In this document: piece after piece, positions 1 through 12,821 of the stretch | How the letters are laid out: each line of letters starts with the position of its first letter | How positions within the stretch are numbered: the stretch's first letter is position 1 | NCBI RefSeq assembly: GCF_006345805.1 | Contig: NC_042998.1 | Coordinates: forward strand, 200,260,001 to 200,324,000 | Direction of reading: 5' to 3' | Length of the DNA: 64,000 bases | Source of the DNA: Octopus sinensis | Lineage: Eukaryota | Position numbers and translations under genes: made by a program | The notes under the pieces: generated by a model | The model's database searches: none | The model's input: the letters and a program-made list of their open reading frames with translations, nothing else | Told to the model about the DNA's origin: nothing

Positions 1-60
1 ACGTACACACACAAGAATACTTCGACAAAAATAACACCGAAAATATTGAAAATACCCAAA

Positions 61-240
61 CCGTTCGATTCACTTCAACATTTAAGTTTAATTTGTCAAA
101 ATATTTTCGTCGTTAAAATCCGCGACCTGTTCACTAACAAAAAAGATGCAGCACGGATTTTTGTCAGTGAACAGGTCGCGGATTTTAGCGACGAAAATAT
201 TTTGACAAATTAAACTTAAATGTTGAAGTGAATCGAACGG
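61..240. repeat. Fold-back palindrome, 83-bp arms with 14-nt spacer (PLE-terminus-like)
   Basis: 61-143 is the reverse complement of 158-240 with 2 mismatches. Confidence 0.95.
160..209 (+). ncRNA. Type I hammerhead-like motif with G3-C8 swapped core (mirror copy on - strand at 92-141)
   Basis: Stem I TTTGTCA/TGACAAA, core GTGAACA plus G, stem II GTCG/CGAC, GAAA, palindromic stem III AATATT, U17. Confidence 0.55.
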
Positions 241-329
241 CTTTTGTGTGTTTCTTAAATGGCGTATAAACACCTTCCACGCTGCAATTGTTATATATAT
301 ATATACATACACACATACATGCACACATA

Positions 330-1613
330 CACTTGCGTCAGAAATTAATTAGCACTTCTCAAATTTCTACATTTTCTTACATTTTCTTAATTTAATTAAC
401 TTATTATCAGAAACGAACTCGTTTTTAATCAAAAATTTATTAAAACATATCCCAGCATAACACATAATTGTTATTAATCGTGAAATTTAGTCAATATCTT
501 GTTGCTCCTCCTTTGGCAGCAATGACAGCTGCTACGTGGGCCGGCATGCTGTCTATGAGTGCCTGCAGGTACTGTGCAGGGATGGCCCTCCATGCAGCAA
601 GAAGTGCCCCAAACAGCTCGTGTCGGTTCCTGTATTGCTGCACATTCAAGTCCCTACCCAATCGACTCCAGAGGTTCTCAATAGGGTTCAGATCATGACC
701 ATCACCCCATGGTCCTTCAAGAAACCGGTTGTGAGCTTGGCTGTGTGGGGAGCGCTTTGTCCTGCTGGAGCACGTACTCCTCGCCACCAAAGAGGTATCC
801 CGCAGAGGGTAGGGCAGCATTCCGTACTATCTCAACGTACTTTGTGGCGTTGATGTTGCCTTCGACGGAATAGAGCCGCCCAACACCACTGTAGCTGAAC
901 GCTCCCCACACCATCAGACCACCCCCACCATGCTTCATGGTGGGAGCAATGGAGTCTTTGTTGAAGCGCTCACCCCTGCGGCGTCGCACATGGACAGGCT
1001 TGTCACTGACGAGACTGAATCGCGACTCGTCAGTGAACATCACTGTCCGCCACTGCTGCAAGGTCCATGTCTTGTGGGCACGGGCCCAGAGCAGCCGCCT
1101 CTTCCAGTTTTAGGCTGTAAGGAGCGGCTTACGGGCGGCCCTACAGGATTTTAGACCAGCTTCCAGTAATCTGGTCTTGACGGTGGTTGTAGACAACTGC
1201 TTCCCTGTCACCTTTTGCATCTCCTCCGCCAGTTGCCGGCTTGTTGCCCTTCGGTTGTTCAGTGACTTTCGGATCAGCATCCGGTCCTCCCGCTGGGTCG
1301 TCAGCCTCTTCCGCCCCCTACCCTTTTTGTCAGCTGCTGATCCGGTGTGATTTCGGTCCTTGCGAGGCGCTACCTATATCTATTAAACAAAGGAAGATTT
1401 GTCTGCATCCGCACTCCAAGTTGTTGTTGCACTGCTATGTCAACATCATTAGGCTGTAGACTCTCAAACCGCTCTGCAAACAAAGTTCCGTCATCGTTCT
1501 GCGTAACAGTGAACTCGCAACAAAGCAATAGTTCGAGATATGGCCACTAGGTGACAGCACATACCTTGAGTGAAGAGCAAATCAAGGGTGCTAATTAATT
1601 TATTACGGTAGTG
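330..1613 (-). mobile_element. Tc1-family DNA transposon, defective
   Basis: Imperfect TIRs CACT..GT.A.AAATTAATTAGCAC at both ends, flanked by TA at 328-329 and 1614-1615; internal transposase remnant. Confidence 0.93.
491..1400 (-). pseudogene. Tc1 DDE transposase pseudogene (start approximate)
   Basis: Reads GRGRKRLTTQREDRMLIR..RAARKPLLTA*..VMFTDESRF..MVWGAFS..LQQD / DLNPIENLW..AVIAAKGGATRY. Has an in-frame stop, a frameshift near 760 and loss of the WP..SP segment before DLNPIE. Confidence 0.93.
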
Positions 1614-1629
1614 TACATGCGTACATACA

Positions 1630-1960
1630 GACAGGCAGGCTTAGCTGTGTGGTAAAAGATTTGCTTCTTAACAACATGTTTCCATGTTCAGTCCCTCTGC
1701 ATGTTACCTTGGGCAAGTGTCTTTTTCTATAACCTTAGGCCGAACAAAGCCTTGCGAGTGGATTTCACAACCGGTGTTAGTGTATGTACGTCCTCGAAAC
1801 TTAGCGGTTCGGTAAAAGTGACTTTATAATTAATTATAGGATTAAAAATTAAAAGACGTTCTGGGGACGATTCGTTCGACTAAAATTCTTGAAGGTGATG
1901 CCTTAACATGGCTGAAGTTAAATGAGTGAAATAACTCCAAGTCAAACGATAAAGATATTA
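1630..1960 (+). mobile_element. Degenerate tRNA-derived SINE fragments
   Basis: Similar to the 53349-53756 family (gctgtgtggtaa..ttgggcaagtgtct..ccgaacaaagccttg). Confidence 0.65.
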
Positions 1961-2811
1961 TTGTAAACTGCAAATCTACAAATATGTTTTCTGTATGTCG
2001 ATACTGATAAAGTAAATTGAATATAATTATTGAACAATTAGTGTAAGTCCTGGCGGCAATGTTATTTTCAGATTGGGCGTTAATCCAATAGATTATAGCA
2101 TTCACTAGACGATATCTGTTAAGGGAGCAATGATTTGGAGTACGATATGAGGAAGGGAGTATATTATTGTTGTTCGATAGTTGTCTGAAAATAACTGTGT
2201 TGACAAAGTGAAGCTTGTAAAATGTTTTCACGAATAGTTTACTTTAATAATTTTTCTATGTAAACGGTTGGCTTCTGTGATATATCGGATATTGTTATGA
2301 ATTATGAGATTATTTTGAAAATGCTTTTGACAATTTCTGTGTGGATATTTACACTATGTACTGTAATTCCGTACACTATAATTGATGCTCGTTTAAAGTG
2401 GGAAACATCTGCATAGATGAAACCCTATATATTTGTCGTACAGCCACATTCAAGCATTGATAAGTTCCATCAGTCTTTTAAGTTAATGCCATATACACAT
2501 CATTAACTTTGCTAAGGTGAGGTATCAACTTTATATAAGTTAAGTTTGTATAAATGACTTCATGCCATCTTTATTAAACATCCATATTACATTTGACTGT
2601 GATTTTCCTATCGATACTTGAATTGTTATGGAAATCTCTTGTGGTTTCTATTCTTTGTAATACAACGTTTCCATTTGTTAACTTTTGAATGCTGATTTGG
2701 GTTTTCGTAAAAATTTCCCCAGCAGAATATTCCTTTAATCCGAATGAAAATTCTTCTTCATTAATTCTAACGTTAATGTTTAACACACACACATCATATA
2801 TATATACATAT

Positions 2812-2890
<79 letters not shown>

Positions 2891-2904
2891 ATGTATATGT
2901 ATGT

Positions 2905-2946
<42 letters not shown>

Positions 2947-3349
2947 ATTAATGATTGGTGTCAGTAAATCTTTAAGGATACCAGTCCTTACTCAGTTGCT
3001 CTTTCTCCTCAGTACATAATGAATTACTATATGAAGGAGGAAAGGAAAGGTTCATTAGCCCACATAAATATAAACAGACGGGAAAAAGAAAGACCCTGCA
3101 ACCAACTTTATTGGAAGATTAATCATACAACGTTGCTTTGAGTTCTCAGAACTTATCGTGTAGGCTTATATAACTTAGAATAGAAATTTAAGTCATATGA
3201 CGAGAGTTGACTAGGTGATAAATTAAAACTAATGAATATTATGAGTTTCCCAAGAAATTTTCGTTCAGAATTGTCCAGGAAGAAATATATTTCGATGCTC
3301 TTTGATCGAGATCGCCTGCAAATACCCGTTTTGGTACAATCATTTATAC

Positions 3350-3582
3350 CTATTTCTTTACTACCCACAAGGGGCTAAACAGAGAGGGGACAAACAAGGA
3401 CAGACAAACGGATTAAGTCGAATACATCGACTCCAGTGCGTAACTGGTACTTATTTAATCGACCCTGAAAGGATGAAAGGCAAAGTCGGCCTCGGCGGAA
3501 TTTGAACGCAGAACGTAACGGCAGACGAAATACGGCTACGCATTTCGCCCGGCGTGCTATACGTTTCTACTAGCTCGCCGCC
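3350..3582 (-). mobile_element. tRNA-derived SINE, family A
   Basis: Reverse complement of ggcggcgagct..gttcaaattccgccgagg..tttcatcctttc..cccttgtgggtagtaaagaaat, which recurs many times in the window. Confidence 0.85.
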
Positions 3583-4531
3583 TTATTTTTGTACAATCCT
3601 TTATACCATTCCAACAGACTGCTCTATCTTTTCGCAATATAGAAATTTTAAGTTATGAAGTACTCTCACGTATTTATATCACAAAATATTTGGCAAACAC
3701 TTCTCAAGCCCTATTTCAATTGTCTGTCTTAATTGGGTTTGTTTATACTCTAATACTTTTGGAAAAGAGTATCAATAATATCTCGTAATATATTTTTCAT
3801 TGACCTCACACCTTGTTTCTACAGACGAAATCAACAAACATATTTAAATATCCACTTCATGATGTTGCTATTTTATGTTCCATCAGTGTTTAAAATATAT
3901 GCATCACTGCTTTCCTCGCCTCACAGATTACAAATTGATGCTAATTATAACCGAAACTATTATCTCTTTACATTCAGCTATTTAACATTTCATCCACTTG
4001 TTTTTATTGTTTAACAACTCTGAATTTTCTAACCATCAGATATTGGCATAATTCATTTCGTAAGAGTAGTTCCTTTCAGAGTGGCAACAAGCCAATATTT
4101 TCGTGGGATGGTGACATGAATTGACCGCAGTAAGTTCGTTCTTATAGGCCACGCTACATTAAACATTATTTTTCGTTTTTAGAAAACAAACTAATATTAA
4201 ACAATATCAACTGAGGCCAAATTTGAACTCAAATTCTGTGACAAATGAACAAGAAAATAGTACCGTTTTACTCTCATGAGTTGCTTTTCTTTTTGGTTCT
4301 TTTCTCAGAGGTGATAAGCATTTCCAGCCGTTCAGTTGATCGTCACTCAAAATGTCTTACGTCGTATAGTTACCGATACCTATAGTTCTGCAACGTCCTG
4401 TTACTTTCTGTGTTCAAATCCAACCAGTTTACCTTTGTCTTTCTTAAAATATTATTCAATATATTAAATGTCATTAAAATACCCAGGTTGAAGAAAATAA
4501 CTCTAATTGGTAAATATCAAGGAGAATATTA

Positions 4532-4849
4532 TATGGATCTTTTCACCTTGACCAGATGTTTAAAAAATAATTTCTTTGTAACTAAATTTTTAAACTTCGT
4601 ATACTGGTAGAATGTTGACAAACTGCAGCAGTAATTGTATTCACCTCAATAGAATGTCATTGATTGGTTGAATTTGCCGAAATGCAAGAAATTTAACAAC
4701 AAAAGCTTACAAACTACAGAATTATCTCAAGAAAGCCACGAGAAAAAGATGTTTTATGTAACACATTCTACCAGTATACGAAATATAAAAGTGTTTAGTT
4801 ACAAAGAAATTATTTTTAAAATCTGCCGGTCAAAGTGAAAAGATCCCTA
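4532..4849. mobile_element. MITE with ~85-bp imperfect TIRs and TA TSD
   Basis: ggatcttttcac..gtatactggtagaatg is mirrored at the right end; TA at 4530-4531 and 4850-4851. Confidence 0.8.
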
Positions 4850-5204
4850 TAAATAGTTATCTATCCTGATGACTGGAGTGACAATATTGGTACAAGGTCA
4901 GTATTGTCTATTGAAATATTTAGCTATTTTCATTTATATGTTTGTCTTTTATCCATTTTGTTGCGATGTATTCACAGCTCTGCTCATTAAATATTAATAT
5001 ATGTTGTTGATACAACGGTCACATGGGCATATCAATATCCATTTTAGAGGATACAGAAACAGGAAGGAAATGGGACGAGCTTACATGCATAAATCACTCT
5101 GCATTTGCCTGTATATATTCCGAATTTGTATTGTGAAATATCAAAATCATCTTAGTAAATTTCTTCAGCCATATCTTATGTCAAATTGTGCACCATATAC
5201 ATCC

Positions 5205-6054
5205 ATACTGGTCGCTCCTCGCGGTAATATAGAGGATCTTCGTCGATGCCTCCAGTGGTCTAACGATTGGGACCTGTGTCTGAACGTGTCAAAGTGCTGT
5301 CAACTGCCTGTCGGCTCTACTCCTGCAACTCAACTTGATTTCGAGCCGGGTCGTCTGCTGCTGGAGAGGACCGATCAGGTAAAGGACCTGGGTATCTTGG
5401 TGGATTCCTCCTTTTCGCCTTCAGCCCAGTGCGTCCATGCTGCCAACAAAGCACGCGGAATTCTGTTTTTGATTTGTCGGTCATTCGGAATGCTCACAGC
5501 AGCCATATTCCTACCACTCTATGTCACGCTGGTGAGACCCATATTGGAGTATGGGATTCAAGCCTCTTCTCCTTATCTCCTCAAAGACATACAGCATCTC
5601 GAAAGAGTCCAGAAGCTGGCTGCCCGCATGGTTCATGGTCTCAAAAATGTGTCCTACGAAGAAAGGCTGAGGACGCTCGACCTTTATTCTCTTGAAAAAC
5701 GCCGCCGCCGTGGTGATCTCATTCTCGCCCACAACATCATAAGCGGAAAGTGTAACCTCTCGAAAGAGCTGTTCTTCACTCCTGCTCCAAAGCGTCGGCT
5801 GCGGGGTCATTCCGAAAAGCTCTACCTGCGACAATTTCATCTCAATCGAAGGAGAGGAGCTTTCTCCGTCCGGGTTGCGGATCCGTGGAACAAGCTGCCA
5901 GACGAGATGGTGAAGATGCCGACGACCGCTTTGTTCAAAGCCTCCCTGGACCTCAAGTGGCCTGAACTCTTTACATGAACACCACCCTGTACTTAACTCC
6001 ATGTCCCCCTACATGACCTTGCTATTTGCTTTTGAGCCAAATTAACTAACTAAC
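5205..6054 (+). mobile_element. 5'-truncated CR1-type LINE (ORF2 C-terminus open, short 3' UTR, TAAC tail)
   Basis: DLRRCLQWSNDW..VKDLGILVD..LVRPILEYG..LERVQKLAAR..SLEKRRRRGDLI..RGHSEKL..FSVRVADPWNKLP with no stops until 5978; (TAAC)3 tail at ~6043-6054. Confidence 0.92.
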
Positions 6055-6878
6055 ATACAGCGGTTTTCTTCTCGTGGGCGTATTATTTACTCGTATTTAC
6101 CTGGTGATCAGATTTAAAATTAGCATTGCTTATGATGCTTTCTTTTCCTGTCAGCAAGGGGAGTTACGATTTTAAGGAAGACTTGGATGTTTCAGACCCA
6201 GTCGACATTTATCAGATAGGTGTTTTCTTCTAATTGCAATATGATACTTAATTAATTTAAGTTATGACGTTCTGAATAGGAATGAAATTAACTGGAATTA
6301 TATTCAGCTTGGAATAAAACTTCATTTCCGACCCGCAATGCTTGGAGCTAACTGTTTTGTAAACACGGAAAGTATTTATATCAGTATATATAAATCAAAA
6401 TATAATGAAGCGTCATGTCAATGAACGTTGAAAACAGCATCAAATGCTTTTATGTTTTTTAGTAATTAGGATATCACCGGACTTTCCAAACTCTATGTAA
6501 ATCCAGCAAAGTTCCTTCTTCCCTGTTAGGACACACAAACACACATACATGCATATACATACATAGATACATACATACATATATTTTGTGTCGTCTATTT
6601 GAATGTTTTGCATTCTTGTCCCATTTTGTATTTATATATATATTTTTTCTTCATATGTATATATATATATATATAATTTCAACAATTGAGGGTAAAATTA
6701 ATTAATTAATCAATTTCACCAAGTATTCAGTATGCAAAGGGACCATTTAAGGCGAATTCAAATTATTACATTATATAAAAGGGCTTAGTAAAATAAATTA
6801 CTTTGCCGCATACTGAACTCATTAGAAATAGCAGCTAAAAAAACTTTTTAAAAACTATTTCTAATACTTAAAGAAAAC

Positions 6879-6928
<50 letters not shown>

Positions 6929-7669
6929 AGCTAGAGCACCAATCTAAAATCCAGTTAGAAGGTTCCATTTTATCGTTTTATCTTGCTGACTGGATACGAC
7001 ACAAGAATTGGCTTTACCGTTTATTATCCTCACTATTTCTAAGATATAATTTTCCACAATATTTTTTAGTGTATACTTGAGTGAATAAAAAGAGCTGATG
7101 ATACGTAATACAGATATTTATATCGATTACCAAAGTCATATTGATTTAATATAGAAACACCACCATACAAAACTACACTATTTTGCTACTGTCCTTTGAA
7201 ACATAAAGTCTTGTGCGTATGAAAAAAACCATTATTGTTTCTACGTAATCAATGGTTTCATAACGACAATTAAAAATAGGTATCAAGTAGTTGCTTGGTA
7301 TATTATATAAAACGTTATTCCACTTACGCAATCAGATATGGATAAACCGTGATTTCAATTTATTTTATCACAGCATGATGCTAGACTCAGTTTGATACTA
7401 TATGGTTGATATATAAAGCGATGAAGCTGAATGAAACATCCATCTTAGTCATAAATGTATTTCAGTTATGTTTGCTTTAAAGCTATAAATATCCTAGGGA
7501 TACTTTAAAATAATTATTACATCAATATATATAAAACAAAGGATGTCTAAGTGTGCGTATGTGTGTGGTACGTATCCATTCCTAGTTTTCAACCGACTTT
7601 ACAAAACGTACACACACATTACTTTACCAAACTTATACACACACTACTTATGTGCCAATGATGGTCATG

Positions 7670-8045
7670 CACGTTAGCACGTTGGGCGAAATGCTTAGCA
7701 GCATTTTGTCTGCCGTTACGTTCCGAGTTCAAATTCCGCTGAGTTCGACTTTGCCTTTAATGCTTTCGGGGTCGATTAAATAAGTACTAGTTACGCACTG
7801 GAGTCGATACAATCGACTTAATCCGTTTGTCTGTCCTTGTTTGTTCTCCCTGTGTTTAGGCTCGTGTGGGTGGTAAAGAAATACCTATTTCATCTATCTT
7901 TGCGCTCTGAGATCAAATTCCGCCGAGGTCAATGTTGCCTTTCATCCTTTCGGGGTCGATAGATTAAGTACCAGTTGTGTACTGGGATGATCTTATCGAC
8001 TAGTCCCTCCCCCAAAATATCAGGCATTGTGCCTATAGTAGAACA
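7670..8045 (+). mobile_element. SINE family A, dimeric copy
   Basis: Two head-to-tail bodies, each with gttcaaattccg-like and tttcggggtcgat motifs. Confidence 0.8.
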
Positions 8046-8730
8046 GGATGATCATGCACTATAACATATTGCCCAGAGCTCCTGCATAAAGCGAGAAACC
8101 GGGCAAACCAGTATTTTACACGGGCTTTTTCACCCGATTTTAAACCTTTCGTCCTCTGCTCATTTCTCTCTTCTCGCTTTTTCCCATTCTCTGTTTTTCT
8201 TGCCTACACATAATCTCTCTCACCCTCTGTAATAGTTCCTCCCTTTTAGTTTCTCTGTTTCTTTCATTCTCTCTCTCTCTCTCTCTCATTCTCTTTAACT
8301 CACTCACACTCTAACGTCTGTCCACAAATTGCCTTCCGCGTATTTCAATTACTCGAAGGTAAAAATTTCTGTTCTTACGGTTTTTGTACGCTCTCCCTGA
8401 AAAATAATTTAGTTATTTTTAATTTTTGTTCACCCATTGTTTTGAAATTCAATTTTGCCACATCTTCAGCATATTTCAGTTTTGACGTGCGAAAATATTT
8501 TTGACTTCACAGTATTCATATATGTGTATATAGATGTATAAGTATATATGTATATGTATAAGTTCATACCTATAGATGTATATATATGTATGTATATTCT
8601 ATAAATATATGTATACATATATGTATAGATATTTATGTATGTATGTATATATATATGTATGCATGTAAGTATGTATGTATGTAAGTATGAATATATGTAT
8701 GTATATATGTATCTAAATATGTATGTATGC

Positions 8731-8975
8731 AACACCTGTAGTTATTCGGTGTTCTTTCCGATATTGTTGTTGGTGAAGTAGCGAGCTGGGGGGAGTTGCT
8801 CTTCTTCGTGTCTCCTGCCGCGATGTGGTTTCATCTGGTATCTCAGAGAGAAACCTGTCCTGGCGATCCTTGAAAACATTTATATCAACATGATTTAGAT
8901 CTCTAAGGGTGCCTGGAAGGATGCTGAACAATTGCGGGTCTTTAAAGTCCAGACTATTGTCTTACTGTGTCCTTT
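8731..8975 (-). mobile_element. LINE 3' end fragment (CR1/L2-like), same family as 12822-13745
   Basis: FSILPGTLRDL..FKDRQDRFLSEIPDE..RRRATPPSSLLHQ, nearly the same as ORF 12711..13022. Confidence 0.8.
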
Positions 8976-9423
8976 TCTATCTTAATTACATATTTTAAAT
9001 TTTTGCACTCCGTCTATTTAAATACGCTATCTACGTTTCTCCTTCGACCGAAAAGCGTTGTGCGTACGCTCGTACATGCGTACGTGCGACCGCTATGGGC
9101 AACAAACAGCCGATAAGCCTTTAATATTAACCAATGAGATTTCAGCCATGCCACTGAGCGACCATGCGTCAAAAAAAAACTATCCTAAAGTAGCTCAAGT
9201 TTTTCTCTCAAGCTATATTTTCCTTGAGATTTATACGCTTATATATATTTTCGAACCTGCATACGTCGTTTAACGACGCGAAAGTCCATCGTCCTATGTA
9301 CATATATGTATATATATATATAAAGACTTGTTTTATTTATATTTCCTGAGCGCCATACTAATACAATTGTTTGTTTGTTTCCCACCTGCCTTCGTCTTTT
9401 GTCTATTTTCAGAAAGCTTCCCG

Positions 9424-9489
<66 letters not shown>

Positions 9490-9689
9490 CCGCGTGTGAA
9501 TCGTTGATGATTTTTTTTCCTCCCTCTTCCCTTCCTTGGATCTTTCCTTTTCCTATGTTTGTGACGAAGAGCTCCGCTCGAAACGTTAAATCCTCCTTCT
9601 TTCTTTCCTTTCCCGAGTGTCCAGTAACACTATACTTGTTCCAAGTCATCGCGTTGCTGTGTTTTCTCTTTGTGTTTTCATGTTTGGAT

Positions 9690-9695
<6 letters not shown>
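9490..9695 (+). mobile_element. ~200-bp HHR-bearing PLE-derived short element (family B) in TA/TATG microsatellite
   Basis: Homologous to 25560-25770, 26310-26520 and 52400-52560. HHR-like GTTT-GTGACGA-A-GAGCTCCGCTC-GAAACGTT at 9557-9590, with C3 changed to G. Confidence 0.75.
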
Positions 9696-9727
<32 letters not shown>

Positions 9728-10301
9728 CGCGTCGTTAAACGACGTATGCACGTTCAAAAATTTCTTACCGAGCAAACATACAAATGATTTGTTTATAGTA
9801 AACAAATGTTTGTGTAGATATAAGTTTACTTCCTCCATCAGATCGACATTACCTGTACAGGTGCAACGGGTGCCTCATATCAGATGTCCAAATCATCGCA
9901 GAGCAATGTGAAATGGAGTTCTTTGCTCAAGAAGTCAACGACAGGCCCGATCTGGGAAGCGAACACGTGATCTCTTAATCGTGGGTGCAACACCTTAAGC
10001 GCTAAGCCATGCGCCTTCACATATATTTATATATGTGTCCATGTGTGTGTGTGTGTGTGTTGCGTAGTTATTTGTGTGTGTGTGTGTTGCGTAGTTATTT
10101 GTGTGTGTGTATTTGATTGTAGACCTGCTATAGTACCGCCTTTAGTTGAAAAAATCATTCCCAGGAGTTAATCTTTATTAATCTAGTACTTATTCTATAA
10201 GTCACATTTTCTTAATTGCCAAGTTACGGGGGACATAAATACACCAAGATCGGCTGTCAAGCGATGGTTGCGGAAGAAACACATACATACACACAAACAC
10301 A

Positions 10302-10349
<48 letters not shown>

Positions 10350-10571
10350 ACACACACACATATATATATATATATAACTTATATATATTTAAGTGTTCAC
10401 TTCCGTATTCTCTCATTCTGTGAGAGCCTCAGTTCAAATAGCACGTGTCGTGAATGGGCTGGAATATTTCTATTTTGGATTTATTTGGGGTACTTAGTTG
10501 TGCTCATGACTTACTGTTTTGCTTCTTCCATGGGTATGAGTAAGTATCTCATTTATTTATTTTGCCACATT

Positions 10572-10624
10572 TATCACTGACGAAGGGAGGGTTCTTACGA
10601 ACTCACTCTGAAATCGGTCCGATA
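10572..10624 (+). ncRNA. Degenerate type I hammerhead-like motif
   Basis: TATCA-CTGACGA-AGGG..CTCT-GAAA-TCGG-TC-CGATA: core intact, stems I and III each with a mismatch. Confidence 0.4.
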
Positions 10625-11129
10625 TGGTAATAAAGGAATTTTTTAGAGATTTCTGTCGGCTTTTTTTCGAGTAACGTGCGTATTGGGAAAAATTATATGG
10701 TAATGGACAATATGTCCAATTTTTCGGCATATTTGTCATTAGAAATTTTTTCGTTTGCCCTTATTTATAAGTTGTTTATAATTTTAACCTTTAAAGGTAT
10801 TTTATAATATGTTGGACATTGATAAAAAACTTTTTCGAAAAAATTTTATCCCACATTAAATATATATATATACGCCGGGCTTCTCAGCCTCCGTCAACTA
10901 AAACCAGAACAGTCTGGCCAGTTTGAGGCCACAGATGGAGACACCTGTCCAAGGTGCCACGCAGTGGGACGGTAACCGGTGTTTCAACCTTGTGGTTGGG
11001 AAGCAAAACTCCTACCACGCAAACATTCCTGCTCTTATATTATATATATAATTTGTGGTTGAAAATGCATCTAAATTTCAAAAACACATAAATGCTTAAA
11101 ATACATTTATTTACACATATACAAAAGTA

Positions 11130-11575
11130 AACTACCTTCAACAATATTTTTTTGTTTATCAATGGTAAAAATTTAAAATTAGAAAAAAAACATCTTTAAA
11201 AGTACCAAAATTGACAACTTAAAATGTTTCAATGTTGATGAATTCAGATGTTGAAACAGAAGGTGTAAGTTTGAATGTTCATAGCAGTCAATAAAATTAA
11301 AACTATATTAATTAGTTTGAATGTACAAAGTTCTTTGGTTGTCGATAAGTCACACTGAAAAAAAAAGTGTGAAATGAAAATAGTAAAAAAGGGGAAATTG
11401 GCTTGCAGTACTTTTGATACTCTCCTAATAAACGCTTTCGCTTGTACTGGTATGTTTTGGATCAGACGAATTTAACATTGAAAAATTCTATTTGTCAACA
11501 TTGAAACTTTGTAAGTTGTTTTTCTCATTTTAAACCTTTACACATTGATAAACAAAATATTGTTGAAACTAGTTT
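11130..11575. mobile_element. Old MITE-like element with ~100-bp imperfect inverted ends
   Basis: ttcaacaatatt..tgtttatcaatg..acaactt..gtttcaatgttga is mirrored at ~11495-11575. Confidence 0.5.
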
Positions 11576-12069
11576 GGTATATATGTACACACGCACAAAC
11601 ACACATATATACATATCGTTGCATATATTTGCCAACTAAGTGAGGCGTCCATCACTGTTGTTAATAACCCCAGGAAGACATATCTACAGTTGGTTAAAGA
11701 CATACGGTCTGTGTCCGATTAGTATTTGCGACGGGAGATCATCGGTCCTATCTCTAGCCTTATGTGATACACGGACTCGAGATTCTGGATTGTTACACGT
11801 ACTTAGCTAGTGATGAAAGCTCTTTCCATTCACAAATTACTGTATATTTTACTAGTGATTCACTGTCGTAGATCTCTTGAAAGAGTGGGATATATTATAT
11901 TAAATCTCTGAGCGAATTATAAGAAGTAGCAGTACGGAATCGTACCATGAATATGCCAACTAAGTGTGAAGTCCTATACAGGAGAGTGATACTGTTTTTT
12001 ATAGCCCCAGAAAGACATTTCCTCCAGGTGTATAACAACACACTCTGCGCTTAGTATTTGCGACGAAAG

Positions 12070-12117
<48 letters not shown>

Positions 12118-12537
12118 CATACATACATACCTATATATATAATAATATATATATATATATATATATATAATACATAGGTGTGGATATATGTATCTATATA
12201 TACAAAACTGAGAATGTGTGTCTGTCTGCCATTATGTGTGCATCACTAAAACTCGAGAACTACCCGAGTAATTTCATTCAAATTTTACATACATACATAC
12301 ATATATACATATATATATATATTATGTATATATATGTATATATGCATATGTATACATGTATATGTATAGATGTATATATATATATATGGAGAGAGATTTA
12401 TATGTATGTATGTGTATATATATATATATGTGTGTGTGTATATAATGTTTATATATATATGTATGAATATTTTATAAATATATGTATATATATTTATGTA
12501 TGTATATATATATATATATATAATTAATAATTAAATA

Positions 12538-12740
12538 TTAGGGAATAAATCCAAACTTACAGGGAAAAATCAGATTTAGGATTAAATCCAATTTTATAGT
12601 ATGAATATATTATATTATATTATATTAAATTAGAGATAAAACCACTATTAGGCAAATCAAACAATGAAAAACATAAGCCAATACATAAAATTAATTTAAT
12701 TTATATTATTTTAAATATATATCAAAGGTATTAAAAGTTT
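12538..12740. repeat. Terminus of the same family as 56763-57172, without the HHR part
   Basis: gggaataaatccaaa.ttacagggaaaaa..tcagatttaggattaaatccaattttatagta is shared; it sits in TA repeats. Confidence 0.75.
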
Positions 12741-12821
12741 AATATAAATATAAATATATATATATATGTGTGTGTGTGTGCATGTATGTGTGCATGTATG
12801 TATGTTTATGTGTGTGTATGC

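Noticed and set aside
1004-1035. CTGACGA motifs on both strands inside Tc1
   Set aside because: They come from transposase codons (FTDES..) and have no GAAA or stem context.
4060-4160. - strand reading WPIRTNLL, resembling the CA10 C-terminal IRTN
   Set aside because: No preceding RP.Q.LN motif; a four-residue match is expected by chance.
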